Shown: positions 1 through 13,048 of the stretch, piece by piece
Layout: every line of letters begins with the position of its first letter
Numbering within the stretch: position 1 is the first letter of the stretch
The notes under the pieces: model-generated
Told to the model about the DNA's origin: nothing
Seen by the model: only the letters and a program-made list of their open reading frames with translations
The model's database searches: none
Translations under genes and position numbers: made by a program
Assembly: GCA_012026655.1 (NCBI GenBank)
Contig: JAAILG010000289.1
Span: 1-64,000, forward strand
Source: Hydrolagus affinis
Lineage: Eukaryota
Direction of reading: 5' to 3'
DNA: 64,000 nucleotides

Positions 1-3000
1 TAGCTACATTTCAAACTTGTTTTAAAGAATCTTTTCATTGAAAGAATCATCATCCTATGTCTTTCCATTATTGCTAACACCACAATTACACTTCTGATCT
101 TGCTTAGCCAATCTGCCTGAAATATTTGACCACTTCTTTCAGCATTAAAATGGTATCCTAATCCAATAGCAAGTGCTGATGTACTGATGATTATTATTAG
201 TATTAATGATAATAATAAATACACTTGTTAAAGCAACTGATCACATCAGAGAGGTCGCAAACTTTCACACAAAATGAGTTAAGACAGTGTGCTGGCTTAA
301 TCTAAAGACAAAATGTCTGTCTGTATGTGTCTGTCCTCCAAGAACATAATAACCATGTAAGAAAAGAAGCCAAGGATAAATAAGGGAGACATGATGAAGG
401 ATGAATATTGGGGTGATTTTACCCTGTGGATTCCAAGAGTCTCTAAGCAGAAGTTTCCTCCAGGTATGGGTAGTGGTATGGTTTGTGGCAGTAGATTTTG
501 CATGGACTGTGGAAGAAGCAGACTTGATGAACCCAATAGCCTATCATCGTGTCATGGCTTATGTTGAACAAAACATTACAAGGCACAAAACATAAGCTGT
601 GGAGGTCAGATATTTGGGGGGAGTTTATTGTCAGCATTAGCATTGAATTACTGTAGAATTCATTCCCTCCAATCCCACCACCCTCCCCCCCCTCCACCAC
701 CATCCCCAACCATGACTAAATGGCCTGTGTAATGACTTTCTCTAGTTTTTCAATTGGGTCACTTTTTCCTTTGCAGATTAAGAAAAAAAAACTCTTGCAC
801 GCAGACAATATCCCTCCTTTCCTTTCTCAGATAGCCCTTTCCTCTAATTGACAGCCTCTCCTGTTGTGCTCTTGCTGGCACTCGGCAGCCTCATAGAGAG
901 GGGGTGACGTCATGTGAATATGGTCTGCAGCTACTGGACTGTGAAAAATGTTTGTGTTGTCTCCAAACAACTGACACCTGACTCCAGTATTATGTGACAT
1001 TATATGTGGCAACCACTTTAATGAATTTGCTAATTAAACAGATTTCTAAAAAAAGATGTTTGAGACTTTCTGGTGTTAGTTCGGTGCTGGGTGATGCAGT
1101 GTGTTGCTGTGCTGTCTTTGTAACTCTAGGGGAGTATGAACTAACCTTTAGCGTTGGCAGAGAGGATAAAGGCTCCTTCCATTCAATTGAGACAAGTAAT
1201 ATCCCAGGTTTGACCCCAAATCTGTGCTACATTTGTTAATCTAAACCTGGGATTTGATGGGGATGCTGCAATGGACTTCAATTTACCTGGAATAGGGAAT
1301 GAGAGTAGCTAGCCAGGTGTCCCACTCCTGATCACTAATCAGTACCCGTGTGCTCCATGTGACCTCTGACTTCAGTCAAGCCACAATAGCAGTCACTACA
1401 CTTCAAAATAATTGATGTGAAGCGCTTTGAAATGTTTTGATGTGACGTTTCAATTTGATAATATTTTTATTATTAATATTAATAAATAAAATGAGTAAAC
1501 ATGCTCTGGGGAGCTTTAGAGAGAGCGAGAGAGAAACAGCAGGACAAGTATGCTACAATTAGGATAGGTACACCACAATTGGTGCCCTGTGTGAGGGAGG
1601 GAAGGGGAATAATTCACTATCCCACAAAAGCCATGATTTTATTTGGAACATTGTTAGTTTCTGTCTTTGAGGACGAGAGGGCATGAATTTCAGATTATAA
1701 ATGAGAGCATGAACGGGGGAAGATAGGAAGAATCTTTCTCTCTCAGTGGTTTGTGGAGTGTTAAATGAAATAATTGTTGGAGCATAATCAAATGAAGGGA
1801 GGGGGCATTTAGATGGCACATGTAGAGGAAGGGGATTACAGGGGATGGGGAAAGAGCAGGGAATTGGGATTAGGATGGGAGCCCGCACATGAAGAGTGGC
1901 CACTTGGATGAGGTATCAGAACGCAGCTGGTGCCTATAGAACCATATCCCAACATGAGTCAGTGCCTCCAGTAGTAGAGAGAAAGGCAGGAGGAATTTCC
2001 ATGTTGAACATTCCCATAACATTCCCATAATACTGGACACAAGTGGTGCTGTTTCTGCCTGAAGACTAAATGTGACTTTTTTCCAAAAGCTTGTCACAGA
2101 TGATAAGCCTGAGAAAACCAGAACATCACATGGGATTAGGAGATCAGAGTGACTCAAGAAGCATTGAAATACCATCGAAATGAGAACTAGGAGCGTAACA
2201 GAATATTGTAGCGCTTGTAAAGCTAAAAACAATTACTTTGGGGTTGCTAATTGAAAGGCAATTCCTACAAGCTGATGTCATAAAATGAGTATGTGCTGGT
2301 GATTGTGCAGAGGCTCTCTTCTCAATCTGGCACATTAATGACCCTCACCCTCAAGGAGACGGAAAATACAAAGGACTTTCACCCCAGCAATTTGTGCAGC
2401 ACTTTCTGAATGTACAGTTTGGAAAATATCTTGTACTTTTTTTTGTAACAATTCCATACAAAGATGACTCATTCACGGTTACACATCTCTATTGAATTGA
2501 GTTATTGAGAGCATTGTTGTTACAGAGCTCTGTAATATCAGTTAGAGCACCCAGGTTGTCTTGCATTGTTGGACATTTTTTACTGGTGCTGGGAGCAGAA
2601 GTGGTATTGTACTTTACAATGTTGCTAGCTGATGACTGGGAATGGAGAGAATCTTTGTGGTTGTCTCCTCTTTACTCTTTGATTTCATGAACAGGATAGG
2701 GTTTCAGGATGCCCCAAGAGGGGATAGCAAGGCTCTCTCTACTGTCTACTACCAGGCACTCTTAGGTTAAGCACAACATGGTTAGATGGTTAGGTAAAGC
2801 ATTGACAGTGTGCCTGGGATTCAGTCTCAGAAAACTGTGAGTGTGGTCTCTATCAAGTAAGATGAGAGTTTATTGTCCCATCAAGGGCAGTATTCTTTTG
2901 TAAACTGATATGCACTTGGAACTAATAGGTAGAGATTCTACTAAACGGATTCAACAGTACGAAACTTCCATGCTTTCAGGCTGGGCTAAACGTAAAGACA

Positions 3001-3025
3001 GGCTCCAGAGGTAAGGGACAATATA

Positions 3026-3945
3026 CAGTAGGTGCCGCTTTAACGCTTTATCAAAATCCAAAAACCAAATTACACTTTATATCAATAAAAATTATTGGAA
3101 ATTTTTATTAATCCACCGGTTAATGTTATCACATTAAAACCCACCCTTTCTTTATGTTTAAATCTCTTATCCTAAGCCAGAGATGGCTGAGTGAGATTTG
3201 GTTACCGTGATTGACGTTTTGAGCGTTTTGTGTTTCAACTTTTAACTGCTCGAGGGCACTAGCTAGGACACACAATTATTTTTCCCAGGTCAAATGTCTT
3301 CTCAAGTGCCAGGCCCACCCATGGCCTTGTTACGATGCAAACGCACAACCCACGGGCCGCATTGTGCGCCATAATGTGCGCCATGTAAACTATCGATTGG
3401 TCACAGTAGCCACATGGCCCACAGCCAAAGAAGATTGCTCACCCCTGACCGATATAAACGCACTGTACTTGGTGCCTGGTTTAAAGGGTAAGGGATAAGT
3501 AAACCTAAGAGACAAAGAAAATTTTATTTAATTTGCTTTGTGAGGTTTAAAACTCACCACACCCCTGTTCAACGCCTTGGCGCAGCATTAGCGCAAGGAT
3601 TTAAGTTTACAAGAAAAAGTGACTATTCAAGCAGTACAATGAGGTCCAGGAAATGCCTCCATCAGCCTGTGACATGCTTATGGCTCTGGACATCCTCAGA
3701 AGAACTCTGGAATAATGTAATCGAGATGATTACAATATGTTCTATACATTGCAGAGCAGAAACAAGGGCCTTCTTTACTCTACTAGAACCCAAATGATGT
3801 TAGATAACTTCTTCTGTGGGTGAAATGCTTTTCTTTAATAAAAGTCCACAACTTTTTTCTTTTGTTGGTTTCGGTTAATGTTATCAGCTGGTTAATGTTA
3901 TCAAAAGGAAAAGAATGGACACGATCACAGTAGCCGTGCCTTCTG
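3026..3945 (+). mobile_element. Internally deleted pogo/Tigger (Tc1-mariner) DNA transposon
   Basis: TA-flanked imperfect TIRs (CAGTAGGTGCCGCT versus reverse-complement CAGAAGGCACGGCT, 10/14). GGTTAATGTTATCA occurs three times (3118, 3873, 3890). Transposase remnants RKDLSLQEKV (3592) and C-terminal ...LDILRRTLE...QMMLDNFF (3641-3823). Confidence 0.7.
3300..3447. mobile_element. hAT-like DNA transposon end nested in the pogo element
   Basis: Ends in GATTGCTCACCCCTG (reverse complement CAGGGGTGAGCAATC, a typical hAT terminus) with an internal CCACGGGCCGCA subterminal motif. The other end was not located. Confidence 0.4.
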
Positions 3946-4130
3946 TAAATACATAAAGTCATTCTTGCTAATGATAGAAATCAGTATGTTATAGAGCTTA
4001 ATTGTTCAGGATTAAAGGGGGGAATTAAAGACAGGGTTTTGGCTCTTGATCACTATCAGACACACAATGTACCTAAAGATAGAATTGGGCATGGTGTGTA
4101 GAAAACGCAACTTTTACAAATGTAAGGTAT

Positions 4131-4606
4131 TAATAATAATCCTTGCATTTAGTGTAGCGCTTTTCACATCAAGAGCATGTCCCAAACTTCTTCACAGAAT
4201 ATATTGTAAAGTGGAGTGACTGCATTTTGTGGACGAATGGTCAAAGAGGAAGATTTTCAGGGTTGATCTGAAAATGGAGAAAGAGGGGGGTGAGTTAGAG
4301 GGATTGAGAGAGAGTTTCAAAAGTTTGAAGCATAGTGGCTGAAAGCACAGTTACTGATGGTGGAGCGGAATGGACGAGGGACAAACAGGAGGCCAGAGCA
4401 AACCGAGTGTAGGTGGCGGACGGCGGAGTGGTGAGTAAGCAGGATGAAGAAGTAGAGAGGTGCAGATAAAGAGATTTGTAGAAGCGTATGAGGATCTTGA
4501 AGTTGATCCATTCTGGGATGGGGAGCCAGTGTGATGATGAGTATGGTGAGGACTGGTGTGATGGGAGTACGGAGTTTAGAGTACAGTGTGTATATGGCAG
4601 TGGCAC
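4131..4606 (-). mobile_element. SINE 3' tail (4131-4235) joined to an L2 LINE 3' fragment
   Basis: Tail reads ...gcgctacactaaatgcaaggattattatta on the minus strand. L2 ORF2 remnant HWLPIPEWINFKIL. Confidence 0.75.
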
Positions 4607-7249
4607 TCTAGTACTGGCAACCTGGACGAGGAGCTCAAGCCCTGAAGTGGAGTTTGACGGTTACCTTTCTGACCCAATTGAACCAAGCTGGTAACAAGGA
4701 GTTGGGATTTTACACTGGTAAAATTTCAAATTCCCGATTGGTTACCATGTCATATCAAGTACTCCACAAGACTACCCCATGTGAAGGGCGCTATATAAAT
4801 GCAAGTTGTTGTTGTTGTTTGTAGCCCAGATAGCTTTTCCAAAGCACACTCTGGGGCTGGGGCTACCTTGCTGCCCAATTGGTTATTTCATATAAATTGG
4901 GGGTCAGCATGGTCAATCCTCACCCACTCCAGTTTTTATGTCTAGAATAACAAGCTATTTGAACAGCCCTGAATGTACTGCAGCACTTAATCCCAATTTA
5001 CTTCTAATATTCTCTTTGGGGAGAAGGCCTGAGGCTTTTCTTTCCCTAACATAAGCTCTTGAACACTATTTGCCTGAGTTGAAATGCTTGCCTGTTTCAT
5101 TTAAGGCATCATTCAAAGAACGAGCTGAAATGGCACTTCTATAGACCATTCATTTGACTCTAACTGGACTTTACTATGGCATTGCTGGCACGCTCCTGGT
5201 TTGTGAGAGGTGCGTGTGCCAAATAATGGTCAGAACGGGGCCAGTTCTGTGTAGATTCTTTTAGGCCCTGGCAAGCTGAGCATTTGAAAAGAGCAGAGTG
5301 ACCACAGTGTGGGGGCAGCTCACTGAAATTCCGAAATATGTGTTTTCGCAGGTATTTGAGCAACTTAAGGAATGTTTTCTTTAAATTATTTAAAGACATT
5401 CAGATCTAAAATTAGCGTGGCCCGTCTCCAGGACTCAACGATAAAATTAGAAGTGCAGCAGAACCCAGTCCAGAACTAAGCTACTGCTGCAGAAAAGCTG
5501 CGAGGCGTTCCTTAAAGTAAAGAAACGGATGCACGTGAACAGGTAGCCTCAGAACCTTGGAGAGGAGCAATTGGGAATTACAGATTGGGTAGGTGTAGAG
5601 TGTCAGATGAAATTATAGCATATTCATGTCCTCAGCAAACCACATGTTACTGTGCTATTTGGGCATTTGTTTGCTCCTGAGCATGATGTGCCATAGTTGT
5701 ATCAGTACTGTACTTCCAATATTCATTTATTTATCAAGGGGTAGCCTACTGGGCCAAACTGCATATGCCAGATGATATTGTTCATACAGCAAACCTGACA
5801 ACTTTAGGTACATTATAGTTTCTGAAAAATAGTTCAAGTCAATTGCCCTCCACGCCTTCCTCCTACCCCTCTAGCCTGGTGGTGTTGGTGGAGTTAGGGA
5901 GTGAAGAGAGTGTAACCATTGTGGTTCCTCTGTTTCTCTCCCATAGGTTTTGGATGCAACCAAGAATCAGACAAGTGAGCAAACTAGGAGCAGTCTCCAG
6001 TTGGGAGTTAGGAAGAAGTAGAGATACTCCAGAGGGCAGACACATTGCTAGGGTTGTAAATATTTATATATGGTTTTATTTTTGCTCACTTTTATATAAA
6101 AATGTTAAACATCTGACTCTTGTCATATTTTTCATATTTTCTAAGTTTCTGCTTCTACCGCAAATATCTCTATAACAAGTCCTACCTATATACAGTGTTT
6201 ATGTGGCTGGCAAAGTGATGAGATGGACCAACCTTTTTCTAAGTGGAACTGCAGGCATGTTCTAAACAGTTTTTTTCTCCTGTCTGTGTGGGACCTAAGT
6301 CACTGCTGCTGCTCATCTTCCTCCATAGCCATCATGTCTTCTAATGTCCGTGAGTTCCTTAAAATGCCGACAAGTATAGAGATATTGAAGCAACCGGCTA
6401 AAAATAAATATTTGAATGAAGTGAAGTTGTTCTATACCCAAGTATTTATCTTTGAGGTTGTGCCTCCTGATTCTCTTTTCACATCTGGCCAAGGCTAGCA
6501 TGAAATTAACCAGTTTAGCAGCACTAAGTTTAGCACCAATGGAATTTTAACTGAAAAGCCAATTAGTAACTTTTCCAGGCAGTTTCAACCTGAAATGAAT
6601 AGGTTTTATGACTAGGCCATTAAAATTTAACAGCTGCATGAAATAGCATGGAAGAATAAAGTACATAAAAGTACATAAAATGTTGACAAATTTTAGTGCC
6701 AAAGTCAAACATGCAGCATGTTTTTGCCGAGCATTAGCAATAACAATAATAATATTAATAATCCTTGCATTTGATATAGCACTTCTCATGTCTTCTAGAT
6801 GTCTCAAAGCACTGTACTTTTGCTGTTAACTCTGATGAGAGGTGGAGTTTCACTCTCCTATCCACCCTGATGTCTCTGAATTATGCACTCTCAGTTTCAA
6901 CCATTGAAAAATTAAATGCATAGTAAGGCTTGTTCTCCTCCATCACAACAATTTATATTAACCCCACCTCCAAACTATACAAGTGTGACATTTTTCATTT
7001 AATTTATCTTGTCGACTATTTGAGTAGCATTGACAATGGACCTGTTACACACTGATTGCTAAATATAGCAATCCCATTACAAACACGTAATGAAAAGATT
7101 TCTATATTTAGTGATCAGCATGTGATAGATTCTAATTTGCTGCCAAATAAAGGGCAGCATTGTGCTCTGAGTTCACAGTCATTAGGAACTGGGTTGACTA
7201 TTGAAACGTATTTCACATAGAACCCTTATATCTAACTCCACAGAGGAGA

Positions 7250-8050
7250 CTTTCAAATGTTACTAGTGATTATGGGCAATTCATGGACGTGGATTTGAAA
7301 TTAGCTGAAGGGAAGGAAGCAGAGGGTAGTTATTAGGGGCAGAAGGTAAAAATGGGGGAGGGATTAAGCAGAAATTTATGGGAATTTGTATTGGGAACCC
7401 TCCTGCTCCTTGCACATATTTTTAACCAGAATTCGCAGACACAGTGGAAGATAGTAAAATTCGCAGATTACACTAAATTGGGGGGAATCATGGAATCAGA
7501 GGAGGCAGCAAAGGTCTTACAAAAGAGAGCTTGATAGCATATGCACATGGGCTGATAAGTGGCAAATGAAGTTCAATACAGAAAAATGCATTATAAGGAA
7601 GTTCAAATAGAAGGCACGTTATCAGCACCAACAATAACAATTTGCATTTATATAGCACCCTACACATGGGGTAGTAGCTCGGAGCGTTTAACTCCATAGA
7701 TGACTTAGAACTTACCAGGGGGTAGCGGACAGAGATACAGGGGTATTAGATGACTCATTACTCACCATGTAAAACAGTGTGAGGCAGAACAACAACAACA
7801 ACAAATTACATTTATAGAGTGCACTTCATATCGGGAGGACGTCCCAAGGAGCTGAATAGTGAGGTCGGGACCCGAGCAAGGGGGAGGGGCAGGGTAAGAG
7901 GGAGGGAGAGATATCAGAAATAAACATGGCCAACAGGATTCTATGCTGTATTGGCAAATGGGTTGAGTTCAGATCCTAGAGTACTGCAAACAGTTGTGGA
8001 ACATTGCAGAAGAGAGCAAAGATGATCAGTAGTGATAAAGGAATGAACTG
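7250..8050 (+). mobile_element. Degraded CR1 LINE RT fragment interrupted by L2 3' tails
   Basis: KIVKFADYTKLGG matches the CR1 FADDTKLGG motif. Minus-strand (TTG)n L2 tail at about 7788-7910. Confidence 0.7.
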
Positions 8051-8829
8051 TGAACTGCATTATACTTTGCAGTATTGAGATTTCTGTCTTTTGCATGAGA
8101 TGTCTGATTCATATTTGCCCTATTTGATGAACGTTAAAGATTCCATTACACTATTCGAAGGTCATTCACAAAAACCAATTACTATGCTCAACAATCCTCA
8201 AACCAAAATAGTGACTGTTCCACATATGCATGGTTTCCGATTGTCTGGTATGGAATGCTCTCTCTCCCTTCACCCCCTTCTCCCAAGGGACGCATCATGC
8301 TAGCCTATTTCTGGAGAGTTTAGGAATTGGGACTATGCTATCATTTAACTCCTTGCTCAAGGAGCCCCTTGCTCCTTGTTTCAGCATGTTCCCAAAGGAC
8401 AGTGTCCAAGCAAACAGACCAGACATTTGAATCCATTGGCATAAGGTTGAATTTGACCCCAGATCTTGGAGGTGAAAGTCTAGAGTGTTATCCATCACAA
8501 CATTTAATCCTCCATTGATCACGTACTGTGTGGTACATGGCATAGATGCCTTTGTAGAGTATATAAAATATAGCAGTCTCCCTATTTTATTGAATAAATA
8601 CTTGTCACACTACCATGAGCCCTCAATAGCACAAATACACAAACTAGTGTTGAGCCTGACCAGAATTGACCATAGTTTGGGCTCAGTGATGTCTTCCCAA
8701 CATTAAAAACTTGATATCAAACTGAGAGGACATTCAGCCCATCGTACCTTTTCCACCATTTTATTAGATCATTTCGCTCACAAAATGTACAGTCAATCCC
8801 CTTTACAATATAATCTGCATAGCACTTTG

Positions 8830-9418
8830 AGATGTCTAGACTATGGCTCGACTACAGTAACTCCCTCCTTGTCAGCCGCTCCCACTCTTCCCTCCACCAG
8901 CTGCAGATAATCCCAAACTCTTCAACTTGTATCTTCTCCCATACCAGGCTCTGCGACCCAATCACCTCCACCCTCGCCCAGCGACAGTGGCTCTCCATTC
9001 CTCAGCGGATCAAATTTAAGATCCTTTTCCTCACATTCTGGCTCCCTCCTACCTCTTTGACTTGCTGACCCCCTATCAACCCATCTGCTCCCTCTGTTTG
9101 ACAGACCGGCCCGCTCCATGTCTCCTGCCCGACCCTCCCTACCATTGGTGGACAGGCTTTCAGCCACTCTGCCCCTCGTCTTGCAACTCCATCCCACAAT
9201 CCCTTTGCCTTGCTCCCTTCCTTGCCTGTTCAAGTCCAATCTCAAGACCTTACTCTTCGACCGTGCCATCAGTTGCCCTCCTACCTCTCTGTCGTTCCTC
9301 ATCCCAACCCTGCCCCCACTCCACCCCCATTCATCCTTGGGTTCTGATCCCTGACAGTTCAATGGAATGTCCTCCTGATGTGAAAGGCACTCTACAAATG
9401 TGATTTTGTTGTTGTTGT
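8830..9418 (+). mobile_element. L2 LINE 3' end
   Basis: LDYSNSLL...LQIIPNS...ITSTLAQRQWLSIPQRIKFKIL is the L2 ORF2 C-terminus, followed by a pyrimidine-rich 3'UTR and ...gtgaaaggcactctacaaatgtgattttgttgttgttg. Confidence 0.85.
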
Positions 9419-10629
9419 CTCGAAGACGTAATAGGACGCTTTATCAAATGCAAGGATTATTATTATTTTTACCAGTCTTTTAATTCCATTCCCTTGGCCT
9501 TTTCCACAACCCTTAAAACCTTACTTCTAAATATCCAAGCATTTATCGACCTTTTAACAATAATAATCCTTGCAGTTGATATACCATCTTATCATATCTA
9601 AAAGCACTTCACGGGATATACTGTAAGTGGATTGACTGTGTATTTTGTGGAGCATCCCAATTAATTCCGCATTTGCAGCCTTCAGGGGCAGTGCAGTCCA
9701 CATTCTCACATTTTTGCTCTCACTTCAAACCAATATACCTACGATATACCTATCCAAAGAAAGAGCGGGCAGGTATTTTCACCAGCGCAGATCCACTTTT
9801 TTCAGTAAAAGCAAAGAGAAGTGTATTGTGAAAGACTTATGCCAGTGAAGATTAATAATAATCTTTGCATTTGATATAGTACTTTATCATGTCTTTGAGA
9901 CATCTAAAAGCACAAGATTAAGTGCCTTCTCACCAGTCTAACATATGTAAATTCCTCCTAGGTGTTATTTTCAAAATACGAGTGTTTTCACAGCTCACAT
10001 TTCATCAGAGAAACGGACTGAAGTGGAACGGGTGTGTGATCACTGCGGCCAGAATGGAAACCAGCCAACCATAGGAATAACCTATCACCTTCAACACCAG
10101 CAAATCCATCTGAGTTTTGCCTTTTGAACATAAATTACCACTTAAAATTGTTAAATTGATGAAATAAACAGAAGGGCAGATTAAAAATGAAGTGGTGTTT
10201 TCAAACACATCAGAAGTGTGAATGGACAATAAGGAGTCACCCACTGCATATTCTGCTGTTGATGTATTTTACACAGGATCCTTGGGGAGGCTAGTTTCAC
10301 TTGAATATACTGTATTTACTTTTTCAATAAGCCTTTAATGCCTGATCCATGTCTATAGGGGAACGGTTCCTCGGAAATCCTCTGATCTCCTAGCATAATT
10401 GACTGTTATTTCCGATGTGATCTTTGACAGGCTATTTGACACAGGGGATATGATAGATAATATACTTCTTTCTGTTCTCATTGCATATACATGTGCACTT
10501 TCCAGCAGAGAAAGTCTTCACTAGATAGTGAACAGGAGCAGGAAGCCTAGCTGTATTTTTGCTCTCCCTAACTCACTGATACTGAGGCCAATTGTAGCAT
10601 TTCTATTGCCATTTTGGCTGAGATCAATC

Positions 10630-10729
10630 NNNNNNNNNNNNNNNNNNNNNNNNNNNNNNNNNNNNNNNNNNNNNNNNNNNNNNNNNNNNNNNNNNNNNNN
10701 NNNNNNNNNNNNNNNNNNNNNNNNNNNNN
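10630..10729. other. Assembly gap (100 N)
   Basis: Run of exactly 100 N; true size unknown. Confidence 0.99.
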
Positions 10730-10787
10730 TGTATCGGTCTTGCTGTGATATTCTCCATTCCCCAGGTGAATGATGCGGCAGAGCAAT

Positions 10788-10835
10788 GGGGGGGGTGGGG
10801 GTGGGGGGGGGGGAGTGGGTGGTGGGAGTAGGGGG
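10788..10835 (+). repeat. G-rich tract with G-quadruplex potential
   Basis: More than four runs of at least 3 G (ggggggggtgggggtgggggggggggagtgggtggtggg). Confidence 0.7.
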
Positions 10836-12938
10836 AATAGACTAAAAATAGAGAGGTAAAGACATACCAACTGCTTGGTGAAGATGGACTGCTTGTTTTG
10901 TAGGTGGCAGAGGATGACTGGTCAACTGCAGAGCTAGTTGGATGGAAAGTGAGGACAAGAATTAGTTGATGTTAGGAGAGCAGAGCGAAGAGGTGATGAC
11001 AGAGAGATGGAAGTTGGACAGAAGCAATAAAATGGCCTTCATGGATGAGAAAAATTGGCAGAATAAGAAGATATTGTAATGGCACAGAAAGTGTAGCCAT
11101 CAGTGCAGTTCCAACAAAGGGAGAAACTGAGAGAAAGGGACAAAGGCATTGATAGAAGAGAACAATTTTTAAAAAAATCTTGGACCAGGACAACCTAGAA
11201 ATAGCAGCAAGTGCCACATCTATACTATTCAATAGCATCCAAAGTACTGCGGTCAGTCACAGCTTCACTGTACGGCAGGGATTGTGACGATTCCTAACCT
11301 CTCTGATGCGGCTGGAAATCCATGACCATTGCTTGTTGTGTGGTGGCAGCGAGGAATTAAAGGGGGATCTATGCGGTTTGGTACCATGAAACAGTGTTAC
11401 CACTGCCTATTGTGTTTCCATCACCAGTTAATGCCGAGGGATCAAGAAACAAATGTGTCCAAAATTCACGGAGCATTAGGTGGTGAACCACAAAGAGCAC
11501 AGTGAGTCTAACTCGATCTCACTGCCAATCATTTAGCTGTGGCTGGGGCAAGGGGAGGTGGGAGAAGATGTGTCAGTGAAGCTACGTCCCAGCCACACGC
11601 ACGACGAGGAGACACCTTTTGAGTTTTTGTCGTAAACACAGTGCCTTCGGCTTTAACTCAGCAGCTCGTCGTTACCCGAGGCCATGTAATCGGACACATT
11701 TAAAACAATAAATAGCATTTCGGCATCGGCTCTGTTATGTCTCTATTCGGCGCACAACAGCTGGCCTCTTTTACGCTGCACACTGCAACCACAAGAAACC
11801 CAGCAAACCAGCTGCTGAGTGAAACTGAACATCATATATTCACGTAATTAACGTCTGTCTGAGGACATAATGGATTACGGTGGAAAATGTGCAGCATTTT
11901 GAGGCTGATCGTTCTTTCACACCCAACAGCCTCGTAAATATTTCATTTGGAAGACAGCAACATCAGCCTGTTACTATGTGAGATCAACAGTTCAGGCGCT
12001 TGGTTCTTCATTAACCCATTGTCCACCTTTCCTAATTTCAACCAGCCATTCCATCTGGAACCAGAAAAGATACGCAAAGGGTTAACAACCATACAATTAA
12101 GAAGTTGAACTTTCCAAGGATGAAGACCTCTTTCAGGTTGTTCTCCAGCTGATTGACTTGAAGATCTTCATTCTGATCTTCAAAGCCCTTCACATTCCCA
12201 TTCTGCCCTAATGTTGCGATTTCCTCCGCCCCATTCTCCCACCTGTACAGTCCACTCTTCTGATTCCGATCACAAAGTTCCCTGCATCCCATCACCAACT
12301 GTCAAACCTTCAGGCATAATGATTCCACCCCCACCTCCTCCCCGACACTTTTATCTAACTTCTGACTTTCAACCTCTTTGACTTGAAAGCTCTTTTAATA
12401 AAGCTCATTCCATCAGTCTCTACAACAGTGATGTATTCCTTAAGACTAGAATGGAGATATTCCAAGACGTAATCAGATTCACAAACATAATATTTATCAC
12501 ACTTGCAATTTATTTTTCCTATTTTCTTTATCCTCTGTACTTCTCTTGCCCATACTTATTTCGGGTCTCTTGCCTGTCTGGTATGTTTCTGTAGGCATCA
12601 ACCCAAGTAGTCATTCTTGATGTGCAACTCGACTGAATAATTCACAATTGTAGGGATAGTGAAGCACAAACCTATCCTCATATATACACTTTCTATCAGA
12701 GGAATTTCTAAATAGCAATTAGGAGGTATCCTTTAGTTGATGTCCCCCTAATCAAATTCAGGAATTCTGAAGCTATTTATATCACCTTTATCCTGAAAAC
12801 ATCAACTCAGCACCCATCAAACCATGGTACAGGGTGCCTCTTCTCCTTTACAGTACTGTATAATCAAAATGAGAAACTTTGGCACGAACAAGTCGAAAGA
12901 AGCAATAAAAGTCAAACAGCATTTTACAGAAATAGCAT

Positions 12939-12944
12939 TTTATT
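12939..12944 (-). terminator. Candidate distal polyadenylation signal (AATAAA) of the ANKFN1-like gene
   Basis: AATAAA on the minus strand followed by U/GU-rich sequence (gctgtttgacttttattgcttcttt) and preceded by AU-rich UTR-like sequence. A proximal AATAAA at 17983-17988 is an alternative. Confidence 0.4.
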
Positions 12945-13000
12945 GCAATGAAAATGATTGCCAGTGAAATGTCACGATACATAGACAGAGCAAAGCACTT

Positions 13001-13039
<39 letters not shown>

Positions 13040-13048
13040 ACGCACACA
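13001..13048 (+). repeat. (CA)n/(CACG)n microsatellite
   Basis: Directly visible. Confidence 0.95.

Noticed and set aside
6223-6501. Overlapping ORFs with a protein-like look
   Set aside because: No family motif recognised and no consistent chain of exons.
8922-9403. ORFs of 146 aa and 113 aa
   Set aside because: They lie entirely within an L2 LINE 3' fragment.
1-13000. Expected noggin gene downstream of ANKFN1-like
   Set aside because: No single-exon cysteine-knot ORF of about 200-250 aa in the window.
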